Below, one piece after another: positions 52,432 through 64,000 of a stretch of 64,000 nt of DNA. The DNA lies in assembly GCF_009914755.1 (NCBI RefSeq), contig NC_060925.1, one strand, 5' to 3'. A model generated the notes under the pieces. The model had not been told where the DNA came from, searched no databases, and saw only the letters and a program-made list of their open reading frames with translations. Position 1 is the first letter of the stretch. Every line of letters begins with the position of its first letter. This DNA is from the human T2T-CHM13v2.0 reference genome, Homo sapiens. A program made the translations under genes and the position numbers.

Positions 52432-52814
52432 GGGGAAAAAATGGCTGGAAAAGAATATACCAAAATGGTAAGAGCATTTACCTCTGGGTAAGAGGGTTAC
52501 AGGGGATTTTTATTTACTTCTTTATAGTTATCTGTATTTTCTATTGTTTCTAAAACAAATATGAACTTCTTATATAATGAATTCTTAAAGGAATTTTAAG
52601 AATTTACTTTGAGAATTTCTTCCCTTATCTGAGGCTATTATCTCAACATCCCACTGAGAGGTTTCCTAAAGTGTGGTACATAAGATGATTTTAGGTGGTT
52701 TAATGCAGATTAAACATGTTTTATTTTCACAAATACATGTGTACTTTAATGTATTTTACAAAAATAATTTAGCACATCAAACTCACCATTCAAAATGATA
52801 GTCAGTTTTTTTTA

Positions 52815-53490
52815 ATGGAATGACTGAAGTGCAGGGGAAAGAGATTGTCTTCTCAATAAATGGTGCTGGGTCTGTGGGATATCTGTATGGAAAAAATGAA
52901 AATCAGACCCCTACCTTAACATACACAAAAGTCTGTTCCAAGTATCCTCACGTTAAAGATAGAACAAAAAAGCTTCTAGATCATAAACATAAGAGGATCT
53001 TACGCCTTTGGGGTTAGAGTTACTTAAATGGAACAAAAAATTATTAATTATATAGAAAAAGATGGATAAACCAGACTATTTAAAAATTAAGAACTTCTGT
53101 TTATCAAAGGACACCACTGAGAGAGTAAAATAAAAACCACAAAATAGAAGACTATTGCAATATTTGTAATCAACATTAGACACACAACTAGAACGTATAA
53201 AGAAGCCCTACAAACCAGTTGTAAAAAGGCAGATATAATGCAAATGAAAAATTACCCAAAGACATAGGAACTCCAAAAAAGAAGATGCCCAAACATCTAA
53301 TAAAAATGTAACCCATGCAGGATGTTTGTGGAGAACTGGGAATACTTTTTTTCTTAATCTGAGAGGTGATCAGATGGATACATTCACTTTTAGAGTTTCC
53401 AACTTTCAACTCATGGAACTGTACACTTAAGATATGTGTATTTTTCTGTATATGCATTATACCACAATTACACTACAATAAAAAGATTTT
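52815..53490 (+). mobile_element. L1M ORF2/3' fragments
   Basis: tctcaataaatggtgctggg...aaaaattaagaacttctgtttatcaaaggacacc. Confidence 0.75.
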
Positions 53491-54799
53491 TAATTTGGAC
53501 AAGTAAAAGCAAATAACATTTTGGCCCTTTTACCGATCTATAGACAGTTAAGGAAAATAACAATGCATTATATAACTTGCCAAAAGAAACAATAGAAAGA
53601 TAAACCAAAAACAAATAAAAACAATTCTCTTTGGGAGTAAGAGCAAGAACAGGGGAAAGGGACTACGAATAAAAATTAGACTTAGCTGCATGTGTGTTTT
53701 TAAATAATCCGGATTCAAAACCATGTAAACAATCAATATAATGTCAAAGTAAGTCAATTTTTAAGATATATTAATTTTTTAATTAAGTCAGTTGAGGTGG
53801 TATATAGATAGAGCAAAAATTGTGACGATGTTAACCTGAGTGACTAGAGTCATGCCGTGTGAACATAAGGTTTCCATATGATGGGGCATTAACGAGACAG
53901 GCCACTGCCCAAGTCACAACCAGGGCAGGCATTGCTAATCTATCAGAGCCCTTTCCCACTGAGCCCAGATTCCACTTCAGAATCCAACACAGCACACACT
54001 CCAAGCAGCAGTGGCACAGAAGTTAAAACACGCCTGCCATTCCTACTGTATGATAGCAGGACTCCAAGAAACAGGATGAAGCAGTCACAAACCTACCCAG
54101 GTCTCCTAACCCCTTATTCTACTAATGGGAAAACTGAGGCCAAGAGAGGAGGAGCGGCTTACTCAAGGACACAGCAGGAGTTTAATTTTCCCTCTGCTAC
54201 ACCACCACCCAGGCCTTGGCATTCCAGCCCAAAGAATGGAGTCCTTTGCTCTTCCATCAACCATACATGCCCGGGCAGGGGAGGTATAGAAGCAGTCAGC
54301 TGCTACCAGCTCTTCCAAAACTCCCAGGAAGGAATATCACAGTTTGCCTTTGCACTGAGCCTGTTCCTGAATCCAGGGTTCTTCCCTTGCCTTAACAACC
54401 AGGCCACCATCCTGCCTCAACCAGCATCACAGAGATGCCTTGCTGAATCGCAGTGGTGATCCTGCCACTTTCTTGCTCAGAGGTTTGCCTTGCCTCCCTA
54501 CTTCCTCACTCCCTAACCTGACATTCTAAATACTGGTAATCAGACTCTAAACTACCTCTTTCTCTGAATATCAGCTTGCTGCCACCTGTGGACTCCAGCT
54601 CAATCCCACCTCCAGATCTTTGTCCATGCTGTTCCAACCACCTTATACTTTCACTGAGTCCCAGAAAGTGAAACTAGGACACATGAAAGTCATTCTTCCA
54701 TGCTCTGGGATGAAGCCAACCCCATGGGTATGGTCAAGAGACTTCAGTTAGAAGGAAAAGGGGCTCTTGGGGCTGGAGCCAGGTCAAACAGCAGAAACT

Positions 54800-54950
54800 T
54801 TCTCTTGAGCATTCTCAACTTTCTTTAGATATAGGACTCTTTGAGAATCTGATTAAAACTATGGGCCCCATTCCTACTTAAATACACCCAAACCAACATT
54901 TTCTATTTAATATCAAAGCACAGGGAGGAATCCCTTAAGAATCCTTGCCC
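54800..54950. mobile_element. MER117-like hAT fragment
   Basis: ggactctttgagaatctgattaaaactatggg. Confidence 0.55.
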
Positions 54951-54969
54951 CATGAAGCTACAATGTCAA

Positions 54970-55170
54970 ACACTATTTCCTTGTATTCATTATGTGTCAG
55001 GACTATGATAAGGACCACATGCATTATCTCATCTAACCCTTCAATACCACCATGAAGTAGGAAATATGACTGCCTGCACTCTACAGATGAGGAACAAAGG
55101 CACAGCGAGATGGTAGCCACGGAACCAGAATTCAGATCCAAGTCTTTCTGGCTCCTTAGCTTTTGCTCTT
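54970..55170 (-). mobile_element. MIR
   Basis: cattatctcatctaaccct...tacagatgaggaacaaaggcacag. Confidence 0.75.
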
Positions 55171-55171
55171 A

Positions 55172-55361
55172 CATGATTCACCAAAGTTTTCGATTGGTTA
55201 CCCAGTGTCAGAATTTTCCAGGGTGCTCATTTTAAAATGCAGATTTCTCAGCCCCACCCTAAGTCCTGTGAGTCAGAACCTCTAGAGGTGGAACCCAGGA
55301 ATCTGCATCATTCATGAGAGCTCCACTTGATTCTCAGGTATCCCAAGGTTGAAAACTGCTG
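55172..55361. mobile_element. MER5-family element
   Basis: taaaatgcagatttctcagccccaccc...ggaacccaggaatctgcat...ggttgaaaactgctg. Confidence 0.7.
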
Positions 55362-55399
55362 CATTTCACTGGACTGTCTTCCCCAGTGAGCAGTAGCTA

Positions 55400-55672
55400 A
55401 ATGTTCCAGGTATTATGGTTGTGTAATAGATGACCCCCAAAATGTAGAATGACCACCATTTTATTTTACTCCCAAATTCGTGGTTCTGGAATTCAAGAAG
55501 GGCATTTCTTCCACCAGACTCCATTAGTCGAAGCAGTCACAAGCCAGCCTAGATTCAAGAGGAAGGGAATTAGACTCCACCTCTTGATGGGTCATGGCAA
55601 GGTCCCACTGTACACAAACATATGGCATGGACGCTATTGTTGTGGCCATCTTTGAAAAGGGCAATCTGCCAC
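55400..55672 (-). mobile_element. MLT1 (F/H-type) LTR fragment
   Basis: gcagtcacaagccagcctagattcaagaggaagggaattagactccacctcttgatgg. Confidence 0.7.
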
Positions 55673-56059
55673 TCCAAGCCTCTGTTCACATGCAAAATCC
55701 AGTAAAATCAACCGGGCTGCTTCGATCTGCAGCCTGGAGAGAACAATGCTTAACATTCATCAAAGTCACTTTTCAACAGCCTTCCTCATGCTTCATAGTT
55801 CGCCCTTTCTGCTTCAGGAAGAACTGCAGTGGCACAACAGGTCCCTCAACGGCCACATCAGAAAGTGCCTTCAGTGGCAACACTTTCCTGGCAGCTTGTG
55901 ATCTCGTGGACCAATTTAAAAAAAAAAATGTGTTCATCCAGCTTCCTTCTGCATCTAGGTGGCCTTACCTCAGGGCACAAGGGGGACATAATGGGAGACC
56001 CAGAATCAAAATGAAAAAGGTTCAACAAGAAGACGTCACAGACAGAGGACAGAAAGAGT

Positions 56060-56450
56060 GTAAACTGGGAACTGAGACAACCTTTCCAAAGGGCAACTTG
56101 GCCACATATATCAAGATGTAAAATGTGCGTACTTTTTAACCCAGCATTCCCACTTCTAGAATTCAGCCCAAGGAGATAACAGCTCAAATGCAAAAGAAGA
56201 CATATGCATAGCATATATACACAGCATTGTTTACAATAGAGAAAAATTGAAAACAACCTTCATGCCCACAAGTCAGTGATAGATCAGGCAAATAAATTGT
56301 AGCTCATTAATACTAATTTTCAAAGAATGAAGTAGATCTATAGGGACTGATATGAAAAAATCTCTAAGACATATGGTTAAGTAGAAAAAAAGGTATGTGA
56401 ACAATACATATCATAAATCACATTTATATAAAACTATGTGTGTTTTAGCC
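56060..56450 (+). mobile_element. L1ME 3' fragment
   Basis: acccagcattcccacttctagaattcagcccaaggagata...cagcattgtttacaatag. Confidence 0.7.
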
Positions 56451-56539
56451 CCAAGAGAGATTTCTGGATGAAGGTCCCCTGGGTGATAGCATTTGGTGTC
56501 AATTTTGCTTTCTTCTGCATTGAAAGTGTTCAAGAATAA

Positions 56540-56795
56540 TAATGAAGGTGCATCTATTATACCTACTCTGTGCTGCAGACTCCAGTAAATCCCTTATATA
56601 TGTTAACTCATCTTATCCTAACAACAATGCTACAAAGTGAATACTGCTATTACCTCTATCTTACAGGACTGGAATACTAAGGCACACGGAGGTCAAATAG
56701 CTTGCCTACAGTTACACAGCCAGTAAGTGGCAAAGACAGGAGTCAGACCCAGGCAGCCTGGCTCCAGAGTCCGTGTGCTTAGCCATCAAGCTGTC
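56540..56795 (-). mobile_element. MIR, near full length
   Basis: gttacacagccagtaagtggcaaagacaggagtcagacccaggcagcctggctccagagtccgtgtgcttagcca. Confidence 0.85.
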
Positions 56796-56851
56796 CTACT
56801 CCACAGTGGTTAGACACTATTTCTACGAAAACAGTAAGACCATTTTTCTTA

Positions 56852-57182
<331 letters not shown>

Positions 57183-58714
57183 TTAAGGTGCCTTATGTTT
57201 CCAAAAGACACATCCCCAGGTCTTTGTTGATGATTCTCCTGCCTCCTTACCAGCTGGGGCATAGACAGAATTCCTACAAGGTAAGTTCAAGGGACATGAC
57301 AAGACCTGGTCCAGGAAGCCCCATGGTGGAAAGGATGTTAAGGAGACCCCAGATTGTAGGCTTATCCCTTGGTGGGGTGAGAGGTCCATCCTGTGAGTCT
57401 ACAGCTGACCAACGGTAAAGAAAGAGACGCCTATGGCATTCAGTTCCAAGCCCCAGACCCAGCCCATGCTTGACTCAAAGCCAGAAAAATGTGTTATGAT
57501 AAATATCTGTTTCAAATGAGACCCAAATGGCTAGCAAGTGAGATCACCAGAGAGGCGGTATCAACGAATGCAGAGGTCTGAGACACAGGGTTCAATCTAT
57601 GTGCATCCTTGGACTCTAGTACATCTGCAGAAGGGGTGAGGCAGGCCCACCAGGAGCTGTTGCCATGACGGAGGGAAAACTCATCAAAGGGAAAGGAAAA
57701 CTGAGGTCCAAACTTGGTCCAAAGATGACCGTAGAGGAGGTTCTAGCACAGCTCTGGTGTGTCACTCCAGCTCTGGTGTGTGCTGCAGCACAACCCCAAC
57801 CACCTCATCCCTGAGATCTGGCACAAGGTGGCCTCCAGCTCCTCACCTTTACAAGTTGAAGTTTGAGTTGTTTCTCTCCTACCTCCGTGGGTCTCTGCAA
57901 GCAGCTGAGCTGGGAGCAGCCCCTCAGGCCCTCAGCACACATTGTGACAAGCAGGAGTTGTGGCCCCTTCTGTCTGGGGGACACAGCTGATATGCTGGGC
58001 TTCAATAGGAACAGGAGACATCACCACAGCGACTTGGAGTATAATGAAAGGAAAGTGGTGGACACTCATGGTAGACAAAGGCACACAGGAGGGGTCCCAG
58101 AAGGTGCCCAGGGCAGCTTGGAAAGGGATTTATGGTATCAGGGTTTGCCTTGAGCAGCTAGAGGTCAAGTTGCTCATGGAGTGTGTGTAGTGTGAGAAGC
58201 AAAAGGCCCAGTGCCAATCCTCAAGCAGACAAGAAAGAAAGAGGGTATGCAAAAGAGACTAGGTCTGCAAGCCTTTGTGTCCTGGGCCTGCCCTAGTGAG
58301 GAGAGGGTCTGATTTCTTCCCACCTCCTTGTTCCCATTCCACTCCAGCCTCTACGCCTCCGCTTTCTCCACACTCAAAGAGCCTCTCTCCCCAGCTCGCT
58401 TCCCATGTCCCCATCCACCTGCACTGTTTGGGGACCCACGTCTGGGTCCTCCTTCCACTGAAGAGTCAAAGAATCAGGCAGGACTGCCAGGCTGGAGACA
58501 GAAGGGATCCTACTCTGGAAACTTTCTTTTTAAATCAGAGCAAGGAACAAATGGTTCTGCCATCCACTGGGATCACCTTGGGTTGGAAATTTAAAATGCA
58601 TTAAGGTTGAAAGACCTATAAACATGACGTAACACGCTCTGCAAGCTGCTGCCTCTGTGACTTGCAGTCACAGGAGCTTCAAAGGGGACAGGCAGGCACA
58701 CTCGAGGCCCACAA

Positions 58715-59350
58715 ATGGGCACACACCCCCATACACACCCATCCCTGGAACATCCTCCTTCCATGCCTGTACACTTATGTGCATGCACTCTCCCCATAGA
58801 CAGATACACACAGGTCTGTGCATATGATCCCCCAAATAGATGTGCATACACAGACCCTACACACACACTCATGCCTCATGTAGGAAGAAGTGTGCAACTA
58901 CATGCAGCTCCACCCTCATGCATGAAGATACGCACTTGCTGCATCCACACATGTACACCAACTTGCACACAGTCACCCCACATACATGCACACGCCTTCA
59001 CCCTGCATACACACAGACGCATACACACAAACCTCACTTATACGCGTCTCACAGAGATAAACCAGGCCTGGGCTCACCCTGAACCCGAGACAGACATTCT
59101 CACCACACACGCAGACACACACAGAGGTACACACTCACACACACTGACCCCACCCACACCTGCATGGATGTGTGCGGACATTCCTATACAGTCATCCAAA
59201 TACAGACCTTCATGTGCATACACACTCACCCCACCCCAAATGGATGCATATACTTTACCCAAAGCAAAAATGTGTACAAACATCAATGCATACTCGCCCA
59301 CACAGACTGTGCTCACATGCTCAGCCCACAGAGACACAACATAATCAGAT
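58715..59350. repeat. Degenerate CA/TG-rich low-complexity tract
   Basis: Dense acac, catg and gcac motifs over ~630 bp. Confidence 0.75.
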
Positions 59351-59429
59351 AAACACTCAGCTTCCCTCCGACTTCAGCAACCATCTGGATGACCATCCGA
59401 CTGCCTGGATTCTTGATTTTTTTGTTCTT

Positions 59430-60448
59430 AACTTTCTCTTCTCTGAAAATGGTTCCACCATTTGCCCAGTGGCTCGGGCCAAAAACCTGAGCAACTTCCT
59501 CACCCTCCACAGCCAGGCTACCTGCCATGTCTGCCTTGAAAGTATGTCTTGAGTTCAGTCAGTTCCCTCACCTCCAAAGCCATCACTCCACTCCGTGCCC
59601 CCATCTCCCCAACCCCAGGCCATTGCTATAGCTCCTCCCTGAGGTCCTTGCTTCCACTGTTACCACCTACAATCTGTGGCAGTCGGAGCAAGAGACCTTT
59701 TTGTGACATCAATTGCACTTTACATAAGTGCAGGCTCCTTACCCGAGCCTACAAGCCTACGTGATCAGACCCTGCTCCCCTCATGCCCTGCCCTCATCTC
59801 CTGCATCCCCTCCCCTTGCCCACGACACTCTCACCCATTGGCCTCCTCGCATTATCTCAGGTATACCCACCCCTCTCCTACTCAGGGCCTCTCTCCCACT
59901 GTTCCCTCTGCCCCTGACTCTTCCTATGGCCCACACTCATCTTCTAGGTCTCTGTTGAAACGTCACCTCCTCAGAGAGGCCTCCTCTGATTACTTAATCT
60001 AAATAGGACACTCCCCATTATTTTCATCCACTGGATCTTGCCTCCTGCATAGCACTTATCACCATAAGCACTTCTTTATGTTTACTGTCTGTCTTTCCCT
60101 CTAAACTTGCACTGTCCAATAGCATAGCCACTGGCCTCGTGTGACTATTTAAATTTAGATTTAAATTAACTGAAGTTAAATAAAAAAATTAATTTAAAGA
60201 ATTTAAAATTCAGTTCCTGTCACACTAGCCACATTTCAAACCTGCAGTAACCACATGTGGCCAGTGGCTACTGCACTGAACACCGTGAGTTATTTCCATC
60301 GGCCCAGAAACTTCCCTTGGACAGTGCTGCCACAGACTGTAGCTTACAGAGGGCAGGGCAATGCCTCTTCTACTCACTAATGTGTACTCTGTGCCCAGCA
60401 TAGGATCTGGCACATGGTAGGGGTTCAGGAAATCGTAAGTGAATGAAC
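59430..60448 (+). mobile_element. L2 3' region split by MER3
   Basis: aaaatggttccaccatttgcccagtggctcgggccaaaaacct...cgtcacctcctcagagaggcct...ctggcacatggtagg...gtgaatgaa. Confidence 0.8.
60108..60329. mobile_element. MER3 (hAT-Charlie)
   Basis: Terminal inverted repeats gcactgtccaa...ttggacagtgc; cactagccacatttcaa...ccacatgtggccagtggctac. Confidence 0.85.
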
Positions 60449-60779
60449 CCACTCATGTGCGCACAGTCATAAATGGAGATAGGCCCTTCCCTGTATCAAA
60501 GGCCTCATTCAAATGCCACTTCTTTCTTGAAGACTTCTTGTCTTCTTTCCTTTACATTTTCTTCCAATCATGATGCTTGCACCCCCATAACAGGCAAGTA
60601 CTTATTATGAGCCACAGACCTAAGTTCACTGCAGGCACTTTTGCCCCACGTTGGCTGTGAGATGGAGAGGGAGGAGGAACTGTTGCGGGCCGTCTCTTCC
60701 CCCACTATCCATCTCCTTGGGCAGCAGAGGAAGGACATTAAAACCACAAGCCCTGGACACAGCCAACTCCACGGTGACA

Positions 60780-60940
60780 CTCCAGCTCTGCCTTTTACTA
60801 GCTGTGACTTTGGACAGATTGCTGAGCCTCCTTGAGCCTAATTCTCTCATCTATAAAATGCACATCGTAATGCATACTTCATAGAACTGCTATTCGGAGT
60901 AAAAGAAATAACCTATGTCCAAGATGTTGTGCAGTGTTCC
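60780..60940 (+). mobile_element. MIR
   Basis: ccagctctgccttttactagctgtgactttgg...ctcatctataaaatg. Confidence 0.7.
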
Positions 60941-61395
60941 CTTTGAGGGTGTTGCAGAAGTAGGACTCATTGACATTCTACTTGCCACATACAGGGTCTG
61001 GTGAGGAAACCTCAGTTAGTTCGCAATTTATTCCAAAGATGTGTGGAATTCCATATAGGCGGGTGCTCCAGGTCACTGCCCCATGGCCTCATGATTAACT
61101 AGGCTCTGATTCTGACCTAGTGGCTGCAGCTCTGGAGCAAAACAACCGATTGCTGTATTTCCATAAATCGTTAAAATGATACTAAAATACTAATTTTTTT
61201 AAAAAGCAATCTATGATCACCACTGAACCCACACGGGGTCCTCAAATGCTGCTTTATCTGAGATGGGCCAGGATAAATAACGAAGCTTCCTCCATCTTTC
61301 TGACTTCAGTCTCTCCAGGTATAATGATGGAGGGCAAGGTCCTGGCCAGAATAAATTATCAGGGAGGAAGGAGCAGGGCCCATGAGGAAGTAGCG

Positions 61396-61739
61396 TGTAT
61401 TGGTCCGTTCTCACACTGCTGATAAAGACATATCCAAGACTGGGCAATTTACAAAAGAAAGAGGTTTATTGGACTTACGGTTCCATGTGGCTGGGGAGGC
61501 CTCACAATCATGGCAGAAGGTGAAAGACCCATCTCACATGGTGGCAGACGAGAGAAGACAGCTTGTGCAGGGAAACTTTGCTTTTTAAAACCATCAGATC
61601 TCATGAGACTTACTCACTGTCATGAGAACAGCACGGGAAAGACCTGCCCTCATGATTCAGTTACCTCCCACCAGGTGCCTCCCACAACACGTGGGAATTC
61701 AAGATGAGATTTCAGTGGGGACACAGCCAAACCATATCA
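61396..61739 (-). mobile_element. THE1 (THE1B-like) solo LTR, complete
   Basis: tgtattggtccgttctcacactgctgataaagacata...ggggacacagccaaaccatatca. Confidence 0.92.
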
Positions 61740-61804
61740 GAGCTGGCTCAGGAAGAAGGAGGAGGAAATCAGAGGGAATTTAGCTATCAGGCAAAATCCA
61801 GCAG

Positions 61805-62354
<550 letters not shown>

Positions 62355-62991
62355 ACATGTTAAGTTCTTAATGAGGGTTGGTTAAGTAAATTGGTGAAGA
62401 GAGTGGGGAAGGCTGAGAACTGGGTCTGGGGAACCTCCCTATACCTTTTCCACTCTCTTCTCTCCTAAGTCCCCTAACCAAACCTTCTTCCCATTTTCTT
62501 TGAAGTCCTCTCCACCACCTGATCCCAGGTAGACTCCATCAGAGACCCAAAGTGGCTCTAAAGGGAACACAGTGGCTGAAACAGGGGGAAGACATCCAGC
62601 TCTGCATCTTCACTATCGCCCAGGGTGAGGGAATTAAAACAACATTAAGAGGACTTGGAAGGGTCTCAATGAGGGCCAGGAGGTGCTCAGCATGCCTTAT
62701 ACATGAATACACCTTTGTTTAATTGGAAATCTTAGTGCAGCATATCCCTCTCTGAGTAGACTTCAGGCAGCTGTGATTCAGATGTTTCTAAAATACTGAA
62801 AAAATGCTGGTACTACAAAAATTGCCTGCATTTCAGTGCATAACAACACTACAGTGTACCAGAACTCCCAAATATTAAATGTTAAGAAGTCTTAGAATCC
62901 CCTTATCACTCCCAGAGTTCAGAGTGAAGAGCTGTTGGGAACAGAAACCATGGTCTGTCCATGGAGGCAAACCCTTGATGTTGTGGAGCCT

Positions 62992-63026
62992 GGGGGGGCC
63001 AGGGGTGTGGGGCAGTGGGATAGGGG
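62992..63026 (+). other. G-quadruplex-forming motif
   Basis: G7-cca-G4-tgt-G4-cagt-G3-ata-G4. Confidence 0.7.
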
Positions 63027-63089
63027 AGAAAGAAGAATGTAGACAGAAAGAGAATAAATCATCAGAAAGAACAGATGGGGTATCAGGCC

Positions 63090-63511
63090 TGCAGTAGACA
63101 GGATCACAGCCCCCCAAAGATGTTCCCATTTTAATTCCTAGAATTTGTGACTGTTACCTTATAGGGCAAAAGAGACTTTGCAGGTATGATTGAGCTAAGG
63201 ATCTTCAGATGAGGAGTTTCTACTGGATTCTCTGAGTGGCCTGAGAGGGAGGCTGGAGGGCCAGAGTCAGAGGAGATGTGATGATTGAATCAGAGGTCGG
63301 AGTGATGCGGAACCACAATCCAAGGATTGCGGGAAGCCTCTAGAAGATAGAAAAGGCAAGGAAACAGATGATCTCCCAGAGCCTCCAAAATGAACACAAA
63401 CTGTGGCCCATTTTAGACTTCTCACCTCCAGAACTGTAGGATATTAAATATGTTACTGTTTTACATCATAACATTTGTGGCAATTGGTTACAACAATAGG
63501 AATCTAATACA
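63090..63511 (+). mobile_element. MLT1D/C-type LTR
   Basis: cccccaaagatgt...ggcaaaagagactttgcaggt...aaggcaaggaaacagat...ggaatctaataca. Confidence 0.85.
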
Positions 63512-63534
63512 GGATCCATAACAGACATGAGGGC

Positions 63535-63720
63535 AATTAACTCAACAAATATTTCTTGAAGGTCTGCTATGAGCCAGGCACTGCTCTGGGCATGGAGAAA
63601 AGAGCAATGAAAAAGGAGACAAATCCCTCTTTCTTGGAGCTTTCATTCTAGTGGGAAGAGACAGGTAGTAAATGAGTTACATAGGATAATTTCAAATAGT
63701 TAAAAGTACATGAAATTCAG
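63535..63720 (-). mobile_element. L2 3' end
   Basis: tcaacaaatatttcttgaaggtctgctatgagccaggcactgctctggg...ggagctttcattctagtggg. Confidence 0.8.
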
Positions 63721-63821
63721 TAGCTATTTTTATTCTTGCATTTGAGGGACCAATGGCACACCCAGGTGGACAGTTTCGACAGTCAGTTGGACTTTCGGCC
63801 CGGCTATTTCAAGAGTGGTTC

Positions 63822-63900
63822 AACTGCCATTTTACTGAACACCTACTATGTGCCAGACACTGTACTGGGCTCTCTCACATTGGCTAGCTTCTCTCAGCTT
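63822..63900 (-). mobile_element. MIR/L2 3' fragment
   Basis: ttttactgaacacctactatgtgccagacactgtactgg. Confidence 0.55.
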
Positions 63901-64000
63901 CCTAATAGTGGAGCTCTTAAGAATTTGGGGCCCCGGATGCCAAGATGAATAATTTATATCAGGCACCTAAAGGGCTGCATCATCTGGCCCACTATGTGTC

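Noticed and set aside
58715-59344. 209-aa His/Thr-rich ORF
   Set aside because: Product of stop-poor CA-rich low-complexity DNA.
61051-61059. Possible CArG (SRF) box CCATATAGG
   Set aside because: Only five A/T bases between CC and GG; the consensus needs six.

Overview
Primate genomic DNA, most likely human or another catarrhine: it carries AluJ/S/Y, an L1PA 3' end and THE1/MST/MLT1 MaLR LTRs, and is strongly CpG-depleted. It reads as intergenic or deep-intronic. I found no recognisable host protein-coding exon, RNA gene, CpG island or CRISPR array. The long ORFs that can be traced come from Alu, MaLR-internal, L1 or low-complexity DNA, and the rest resemble no protein I recognise. The window is a dense mosaic of transposon fossils: a MER52 LTR with a tandem hairpin array, a stack of old L1M fragments (1.2-7.4 kb), a rearranged MST MaLR (7.4-9.5 kb), many MIR/L2 copies, one CR1/L3 reverse-transcriptase fossil, hAT and Tigger DNA transposons, and about a dozen Alus, many with clear target-site duplications (TSDs). 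Short unique stretches between repeats carry enhancer-like motif clusters. I cannot support a previously undescribed biological system here. The best second-look items are structural: the ~70-nt hairpin array in MER52, a unique 18-bp palindrome with distal arms at 34.2 kb, the LTR-int-LTR-int MaLR, a 300-bp tandem duplication dated by an Alu, and a four-layer nested insertion. Family calls are from memory of consensus sequences, not a database search, and boundaries of old repeats are approximate.
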